The position numbers and the translations under genes were made by a program. This document shows positions 57,838 through 64,000 of a stretch of DNA of 64,000 bases, piece by piece. Position 1 is the first letter of the stretch, and every line of letters starts with the position of its first letter. The notes below the pieces were generated by a model, which saw only the letters and a program-made list of their open reading frames with translations, did not search any database and was not told the DNA's origin. The DNA is taken from the NCBI GenBank assembly GCA_963764725.1, contig CAVXTM010000010.1:160001-224000 (forward strand). The letters are read 5' to 3'. The DNA comes from an uncultured Gammaproteobacteria bacterium (GTDB taxonomy: Bacteria > Pseudomonadota > Gammaproteobacteria > JACCXJ01).

Positions 57838-58472
57838 GATTGCGATGGTTTCGTAGCAGTTGGATTCGGAGTTTGTGGCTGCTGTGCGGCCTCCTCTTCT
57901 TCGCCAAGATAACGGTACGTCTTGGCGATCGATTCCATGATCAAACCGCCCTTATCCTTTGCCTTTATCTTGATGTCATGCTGGGTGACGATGCGTGGTA
58001 GATCAGCCACGCCGCTGACAAACTGTCCGAGCTGGTGATAACTGCCGGTCACGCGAACGTTAATCGGTAACTCGACATAAAACTCGGCCGGTTGCTCGGC
58101 CCCGGGCTTAAACAGCTCGAACTCGAGCCCAGCGCCCAGTCCTTGCTGAGAGATGTCGACGAGCAGCGCGGCGACCTCGGTTTTACTAGGGAGGCGCTTT
58201 AGCATATCGCCAAACGACTGCTTGATATCTTGCAGTTGCTCCTTGAGGGCATCGAGATTCACGACCTTGCTCTGCTTGGTCTCGAAATCCTGCTTGAGGG
58301 TTTGCTCCTTGCCTTCCACCTGTTCGAGCAGCAGGCGCTGATCGTTAATGTCAAGGTACCAGCCGAGGCCTAGCAGAACCAGGCACCCGAACCCAATCAC
58401 CGCCGCCTTCGCTGGCGCCGGCCAGTTGCCGATGTTGTTGGGATCGAGATTTCGAAATTCCGACAATTTCAT
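57834..58472 (-). CDS. pilO: Type IV pilus protein PilO
   Basis: NIGNWP, LPSKTEV, FYVELP, GSYHQLG, LPRIVT. Confidence 0.93.
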   Translation of the reverse strand: MKLSEFRNLDPNNIGNWPAPAKAAVIGFGCLVLLGLGWYLDINDQRLLLEQVEGKEQTLKQDFETKQSKVVNLDALKEQLQDIKQSFGDMLKRLPSKTEVAALLVDISQQGLGAGLEFELFKPGAEQPAEFYVELPINVRVTGSYHQLGQFVSGVADLPRIVTQHDIKIKAKDKGGLIMESIAKTYRYLGEEEEAAQQPQTPNPTATKPSQS

Positions 58473-59059
58473 GACTTTGCTCCCTTGGCATCCGCCCCCG
58501 CATAACTGGACTCCGGCTGCGCGCTTATTTGATCGATGATCAGTGTAAAGTTGTTGAGGCGCCGCCCCTTTTCATCCTTGGTTTCGATGATGTTGAGTTG
58601 AGGCTTTTTAACCCACTTGGATGCCTCGACGTTGCGCATGAAGTTCGATACCCGCGCGTTCGATTCCGCAATCCCCTTGATCGTGATCGCGTTGCTCGAC
58701 TGGGTGATTTCCGTCAGCGATATTCCTTCCGGCAGCGTGCTGACCAGCTCATCGAAGATATGTACGATGATGGGGCGGCTCGTTTGCAGGGTCTCAATGG
58801 CCCGCATGCGGTCAATGAGCCGCTGTTTTTCCTTATCCAGATCGCGGATCTCGGCAATGGTCTTGTCAAGTTTCTTGATCTCGCTTTCCAAGTATCCGTT
58901 GCGCGCTGTTTGGTAATCGATGATGTTCTGGTAAACGACATGCACCAGTCCGATGGCCGCGACAGCGCACGCGGCCGCGATTCCAGTGTTGAGCAAGAAT
59001 TGCTGCTTGCGTTCGCGCCGCCGTTCTTCTCGCCAAGGTAAGAGGTTAATACGTGCCAT
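58469..59059 (-). CDS. pilN: Type IV pilus protein PilN
   Basis: MARINLLPWREE, GIAESNARVS. Confidence 0.93.
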   Translation of the reverse strand: MARINLLPWREERRRERKQQFLLNTGIAAACAVAAIGLVHVVYQNIIDYQTARNGYLESEIKKLDKTIAEIRDLDKEKQRLIDRMRAIETLQTSRPIIVHIFDELVSTLPEGISLTEITQSSNAITIKGIAESNARVSNFMRNVEASKWVKKPQLNIIETKDEKGRRLNNFTLIIDQISAQPESSYAGADAKGAKS

Positions 59060-60144
59060 TAATCGAAACTCCGTAACGCTAGACCGAAAGAAGTCATCAA
59101 CGCCGGGGCGTCATTGCCGAGAGCTTGCTCCTTGATCCTTGGAGCGAGCGGCATTCCGGTAAAGGGGTTCGCCACGGTGACGGCAGTTCCACACTTCGCG
59201 GCGATGAGGTCTGTGATCCCTGGTATCGAGGCGCAGCCTCCCGCCAATACCACCTGATCGACGGTCCCCACTTGGCTCGACGAATAGAAGAACTGCAACG
59301 CCCGGTTCACCTCTAGCGCCATCGTCTCCTTAAAGGGCTCGAGGACTTCCGCGATGTAATTCTCCGGTAATCCACCTTGGCGCTTCGCGTGGCCGGCCTC
59401 GTCATAGGACAGGCCGTAGCGGCGCTGAATTTCTTCCGTGAGCTGCTTCCCTCCAAACAACTGTTCCCGCGTATAAATGATCTTGAGATCCCGCAACACA
59501 CTCAGAGTCGTCGTGGTTGCCCCGATGTCAACCACCGCAACTGTATCTCCTTGTTCTAACCCCGCGCCGCCCTTGCGAAGCACATGGCCCACGGCGTTCT
59601 CGAGCGCGAACGCCTCGACATCGACAACTTTTGCGGCCAGGCCGCCCATCGCCAGCGCCGCGACGCGTACCTCCACGTTGTCGCTCCTCGATGCGGCGAG
59701 CAAGACATCGACTTTGTCCGGTTCGGTTTCCGAGGGACCCAGTACCTCGAAATCAAGACTGACCTCTTCGAGCGGATAGGGAATGTATTGATCGGCTTCC
59801 ACCCGGATCTGGTTTTCCATGTCATCTTCGGTCAGTTGAGAGGGCATGGAAATGATCTTGGTGATCACGGCGGTTCCGGAGACCGCACAGGCCGCCGCTT
59901 TGGTCCGCGTTCCGGACTTTTTCACCGCGCGCCCGATCGCCTCGCCGACAAGTTGAACATCCGCTGTATTCCGTTCGGAGACCGAATTAGACTGCAACGG
60001 TTCGACGGCGTAGCTTTCAACCCGGTAATAGCCTTTGCTACCCCCGATTTCCAGCAGCTTCACCGAGGTGGAACTGATATCGATACCGAGCAGCAGCGTA
60101 TTTTTGCGACCAAGAATAGTCATTTTTTTCCTTACATCGATCAA
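59059..60144 (-). CDS. pilM: Type IV pilus protein PilM
   Basis: GIDISSTSVK, QYIPYP, VDIGA, GLALRSFD. Confidence 0.95.
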   Translation of the reverse strand: MIDVRKKMTILGRKNTLLLGIDISSTSVKLLEIGGSKGYYRVESYAVEPLQSNSVSERNTADVQLVGEAIGRAVKKSGTRTKAAACAVSGTAVITKIISMPSQLTEDDMENQIRVEADQYIPYPLEEVSLDFEVLGPSETEPDKVDVLLAASRSDNVEVRVAALAMGGLAAKVVDVEAFALENAVGHVLRKGGAGLEQGDTVAVVDIGATTTTLSVLRDLKIIYTREQLFGGKQLTEEIQRRYGLSYDEAGHAKRQGGLPENYIAEVLEPFKETMALEVNRALQFFYSSSQVGTVDQVVLAGGCASIPGITDLIAAKCGTAVTVANPFTGMPLAPRIKEQALGNDAPALMTSFGLALRSFD

Positions 60145-60297
60145 TGGTTAGCGGTTGTAAAACGGAACTATTTCATTAAACTTTAGCCCCTCGGTTAGAG
60201 GTGACATGGGTTCCTTAACGAGTCGATCCGACGCGGGAAACGCTTAAGCGCCACTTTTTCTTTCATAATATACCAGTCCAAATTAGTTTGTTTCTCT

Positions 60298-62664
60298 ATG
60301 TTGCGAAATATCTTAAATATTTTCATTGTAACCTTGCTGTTTTCAGTGCTCGCGCTGGGTGCATTACTTACCTACCTGATACCGCGCCTGCCATCGATAG
60401 AGACTTTGAAAGACATCCACTTACAGGTACCACTCAAGGTCTACTCACGTGATCTATCATTACTGGCCGAGTTTGGCGAAACCCGGCGCGCACCCATGCA
60501 ACTCAAGGACTTACCCCAGACACTGATCAACGCCGTGCTGGCCGCCGAAGACGATCGTTTTTTCCGGCATCCGGGAGTCGATTGGCGAGGTATCCTGCGG
60601 GCCGCGATCCAGTTGCTCTTAACGGGAGAGAAGATCCAAGGCGGTAGCACCATTACCATGCAGGTCGCACGTAACTTCTTTTTGACACCTGAAAAGACAT
60701 ATTTACGTAAAATAAATGAGATACTGCTTGCATTGAAGATAGAACGCGGGCTTACAAAAAAAGAGATCCTAGAGCTATACCTGAACAAGATTTATTTCGG
60801 TCATCGGGCTTATGGCGTAGCCGCCGCCGCTCATGTTTACTACGGCATGGATGTGCAAAACTTGGGCCTACCCGAACTTGCGATGATCGCGGGTCTGCCG
60901 AAGGCGCCGTCGAAGCTCAACCCGATTACCGATTCGGAACGCGCCGTTGAGCGGCGTAATTTTGTCTTAAGGCGTATGCGGCATCTGGAGATGATCTCAA
61001 AGCTGGACTATCGCGCCGCGAAGCTCACCAAGGATTCCGCGAGCTTGCATGGACAAGCGGTCGAGATAAATGCCTCCCATCTAGCGGAGATGGTGCGCGT
61101 CTACATGGTGGAGCACTTCGGTAAGCAGGTTTACAACGCCGGCTACCGGGTGGTGACGACGATAAGCGATCGGCTACAGGCCGCGTCTACCCGGGCGCTT
61201 CGGCGCGGTTTGCTGCGTTATGATCAGCGGCACGGTTATCGTGGCCCCGAGCAGCGGCACCCTTCGTCGAATTCCGTGACCGAGGCTGAATGGACCCGGA
61301 TTTTACAAGGATATTCGAGTATCGGGGACTTACGTGCGGCGTTAGTCATCGCCGCGACCGATACATCGATCACGGCGTTTACCTTGGACGCAGGGCTCAT
61401 CACGGTCGATTGGGACGGGCTCGCCTGGGCGAGTAACCGCGCGGGCGCACGGGTGGCGAAACGAGCCCGCGATCTTCTCTCGCCAGGAGATGTGGTGCGG
61501 GTCGAAGCGATCGAGAAGGGCGGGTTTAGATTGGCTCAGGTGCCTGCGGTTGAAGGCGCTTTCGTGGCGCTCGACCCGCGTGACGGCGCAATCTTGGCGC
61601 TTTCGGGCGGATTTGATTTTTCTCAGAGCAAGTTTAACCGGGTGACACAAGCGCGGCGTTTGGCAGGGTCCGGATTTAAACCGTTTATCTACTCGGCGGC
61701 GCTGGCATCCGGATATACGGCGGCAAGCATCGTCAACGATACCCCGTTTGTGTTCTATGACCCGGCGCTCGACCGTGTTTGGCGTCCGGAGAATTACACC
61801 CACAACTACATGGGCCCCATGCGTTTGCGCGAAGCACTAGCGCTATCGCGTAATCTCGTGTCGGTCCACTTGCTGCAAGCGATCGGTGTCAACAAGGCCG
61901 TTAATCATATAAAAAGATTCGGTTTTGACAAGCACTACCTGCCGCGTAACCTCTCCTTGGCCTTAGGTACGGCGGAGGTCACTCCGCTCGAGCTTGCGAG
62001 AGGATACGTCGCCTTCGCGAACGGCGGATTTCGCGTCGATCCATACTTCATCGAGCGTATCGAGAACGACCGGGGCGAGATCATTATGAGCCGCGGATCG
62101 GTGATCCTATGTGAATCATGCGACCAGCAAGCTCCGGTAGTGAGCGCACTAACGGGAACCGCCGAGCGGGGTGTTCGCGTCATCAACGCGCAGAATGCCT
62201 GGATTATGACCTCAATGATGCAGGAAGTAATGCGGACCGGGACGGCGAAAGCGGCCTTGGCCTTGAATAGAACCGACATCGCGGGGAAGACCGGAACCAC
62301 CAATGACCATAAGGACACGTGGTTCTCCGGGTTTAACCAGCAGATCGTTGCGACGGCTTGGGTAGGATTCGATCAGGCCAGATCGCTCGGTCCGAAGGAA
62401 ACCGGTGCGCGGGTCGCGCTGCCGATCTGGATGGAGTTTATGCAGACGGCGCTGGCGGGAACGCCCGATTCCATAGCGCCCGAACCCCCGGGCTTGGTCA
62501 CCGTGCGCATCGATCGCGACACCGGTTTACTGACGAACGCCGGCAATCCACGGGCAATGTTTGAAGTCTTCCGCTTGGAGAATACTCCAAGCGAGCCCGG
62601 CGACGGCCCTGCTTGGGACCGCGGTGCCCCCGATACGGCGGCGCTACCCGAGCAACTGTTCTAG
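60298..62664 (+). CDS. mrcA: Penicillin-binding protein 1A
   Basis: AAEDDRF, GGSTITMQ, SGFK, SRN, GKTGTTN; divergent from pilM. Confidence 0.95.
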   Translation: MLRNILNIFIVTLLFSVLALGALLTYLIPRLPSIETLKDIHLQVPLKVYSRDLSLLAEFGETRRAPMQLKDLPQTLINAVLAAEDDRFFRHPGVDWRGILRAAIQLLLTGEKIQGGSTITMQVARNFFLTPEKTYLRKINEILLALKIERGLTKKEILELYLNKIYFGHRAYGVAAAAHVYYGMDVQNLGLPELAMIAGLPKAPSKLNPITDSERAVERRNFVLRRMRHLEMISKLDYRAAKLTKDSASLHGQAVEINASHLAEMVRVYMVEHFGKQVYNAGYRVVTTISDRLQAASTRALRRGLLRYDQRHGYRGPEQRHPSSNSVTEAEWTRILQGYSSIGDLRAALVIAATDTSITAFTLDAGLITVDWDGLAWASNRAGARVAKRARDLLSPGDVVRVEAIEKGGFRLAQVPAVEGAFVALDPRDGAILALSGGFDFSQSKFNRVTQARRLAGSGFKPFIYSAALASGYTAASIVNDTPFVFYDPALDRVWRPENYTHNYMGPMRLREALALSRNLVSVHLLQAIGVNKAVNHIKRFGFDKHYLPRNLSLALGTAEVTPLELARGYVAFANGGFRVDPYFIERIENDRGEIIMSRGSVILCESCDQQAPVVSALTGTAERGVRVINAQNAWIMTSMMQEVMRTGTAKAALALNRTDIAGKTGTTNDHKDTWFSGFNQQIVATAWVGFDQARSLGPKETGARVALPIWMEFMQTALAGTPDSIAPEPPGLVTVRIDRDTGLLTNAGNPRAMFEVFRLENTPSEPGDGPAWDRGAPDTAALPEQLF

Positions 62665-62667
62665 TTT

Positions 62668-63288
62668 ATGGCAAGCGGCGCGAACGGTTCACAGAACCGC
62701 AGGCGTGTCGCCGAACTGGCCGCCCGCATCATGGCAGATGAAGGCGTCGAGCATTACCATCTGGCCAAGCGCAAGGCGGCCGATCGGCTGGGTATCAAGG
62801 CAACTCGCGAGGTCCCCGATAACAGCGAGATCGCCGCTCTCCTGAGCGCCTATCAGCGGCTGTTTCAGGCGCAGAGGCAGCCCCGATGGTTGCGCGCGCA
62901 ACGGGAAACGGCACTGGAAGCCATGCGCCTGCTGCGTCGATTCGACCCCATGTTGGCCGGTCCCGTGCTGGATGGATCCGCGGCACGCCAGGCCATCGTG
63001 TGCTTGCACGTCTTTGCCGAAACGCCGGAAGAGGTGAGTTATGTTCTCCTGGAGCATGCGATTCCGTTTACGGTTCATGAACGAACGGTGCGCCAGAATT
63101 CTCGCGAGCGTACAGGATACCCGTGCTTCCGCTTCATGGCAGGCGAAGTCGGTATCGAGTTAGTGGTGTTTCCGCCCATTCTCAAACGCCAGGCGCCATT
63201 GAGTCCGATGGACGGTAAGCCCATGGCGCGCGCCGATTTCGCCTTCGTCGAAGCCCTCGTGCGTCCACCTCGTCAGCGAGGACACTAA
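62668..63288 (+). CDS. Conserved hypothetical protein (possible nucleotidyltransferase-like fold)
   Basis: AARIMADEG..AKRKAA..P.N.EI..YQRLF; GPVLDGSA; LHVF. Confidence 0.7.
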   Translation: MASGANGSQNRRRVAELAARIMADEGVEHYHLAKRKAADRLGIKATREVPDNSEIAALLSAYQRLFQAQRQPRWLRAQRETALEAMRLLRRFDPMLAGPVLDGSAARQAIVCLHVFAETPEEVSYVLLEHAIPFTVHERTVRQNSRERTGYPCFRFMAGEVGIELVVFPPILKRQAPLSPMDGKPMARADFAFVEALVRPPRQRGH

Positions 63289-63300
63289 CCTTAATCTTCG

Positions 63301-64000
63301 GTGCCGGGCCAGATCTTAAGAATCGCCGTTCCCGTGCCGGTCGATCAGGTTTTCGACTACCTACCGCCCTCCGGGGTAGATCTTGCGGCGTTGCAGCCGG
63401 GAATGAGACTGCGGGTACCCTTCGGCCGCAGGTCCGCGGTCGGTATGCTGTTGGCCCTTACGGCCGAAAGTGTCCTTAAAAATCTCCGGCGCGCCACCGC
63501 ATTGCTCGACTCTGCTCCGGTGCTGACCGTGCGGCATTTACGTTTGCTCGAATGGGCGAGCCGCTATTATCGCCATCCGATTGGAGAGGTGATTTTCGCT
63601 TCCTTACCTCTGCTGTTGCGGCAGGATCGTCCGCGCAGGCCAAAGACTCTCGATCTCCGCTGGCGGCTCACGCCTGAAGGCGCCGCGATTGACCCAGATT
63701 GTTTACGCCGGAGCCCGGCCCAAGCCACCCTGATGCAAACTTTACGGCGGCAACCCGAGCGGAAATTGCAGCCTGGCTCGCTCGCGAGCGCAGCTTCCTG
63801 GCGCCGTGCCTTACGCACCTTGGTAGCCAAAGGTTGGGTAGCGCAGGAACCCGCGTCGCTCGCAACGGTCCTTCCCGCGGCCGCGGCCAGACCACCTACG
63901 CTGAACGATGCGCAGGCGTCTGCCGTCGAGCAACTGTGCGCAGGATTGAACCGTTTCGGCGTGTTTCTCTTGGACGGTCTGACCGGTAGCGGGAAGACGG
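63301..64000 (+). CDS. priA: Primosomal protein N' (partial, runs off the window)
   Basis: ILRIAVPVP..FDY, GMRLRVPFG, YYRHPIGEV, ends at LLDGLTGSGKT. Confidence 0.92.
   Translation, partial: MPGQILRIAVPVPVDQVFDYLPPSGVDLAALQPGMRLRVPFGRRSAVGMLLALTAESVLKNLRRATALLDSAPVLTVRHLRLLEWASRYYRHPIGEVIFASLPLLLRQDRPRRPKTLDLRWRLTPEGAAIDPDCLRRSPAQATLMQTLRRQPERKLQPGSLASAASWRRALRTLVAKGWVAQEPASLATVLPAAAARPPTLNDAQASAVEQLCAGLNRFGVFLLDGLTGSGKT

Overview
GC-rich gammaproteobacterial chromosome segment. 0.1-14.1 kb is a mosaic LPS core/O-antigen locus (waaC, waaF, further GT9s, GT2, GT25, O-antigen ligase, Kdo kinase, sulfotransferase, frameshifted Kdo hydroxylase and GT11). 14-33 kb is housekeeping: pcm, TPP riboswitch-thiC, cysE-iscR-iscA-sufBCDSU-sufT-Rieske ferredoxin, and ndk-rlmN-pilW-rodZ-hisS-yfgM-bamB-der. 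33-42.3 kb is an accessory, decaying defence island. It holds an IS110 element whose ends, CT core, circle-junction promoter, REP-like target and four bridge-RNA guide segments can be read directly from the sequence, a Fic/SxxxEG antitoxin pair, a collapsed type I-G (I-U) CRISPR-Cas locus (cas3 fused to cas7, frameshifted csb2, two-repeat array fused into a vapC gene) and other toxin-antitoxin remnants. 42.3-64 kb is core genes: cfa, patatin, hemE, gltBD, AAA-SPOR protein, aroBK, pilMNOPQ, mrcA and a partial priA. All calls come from motif recognition by eye; no database searches were run.
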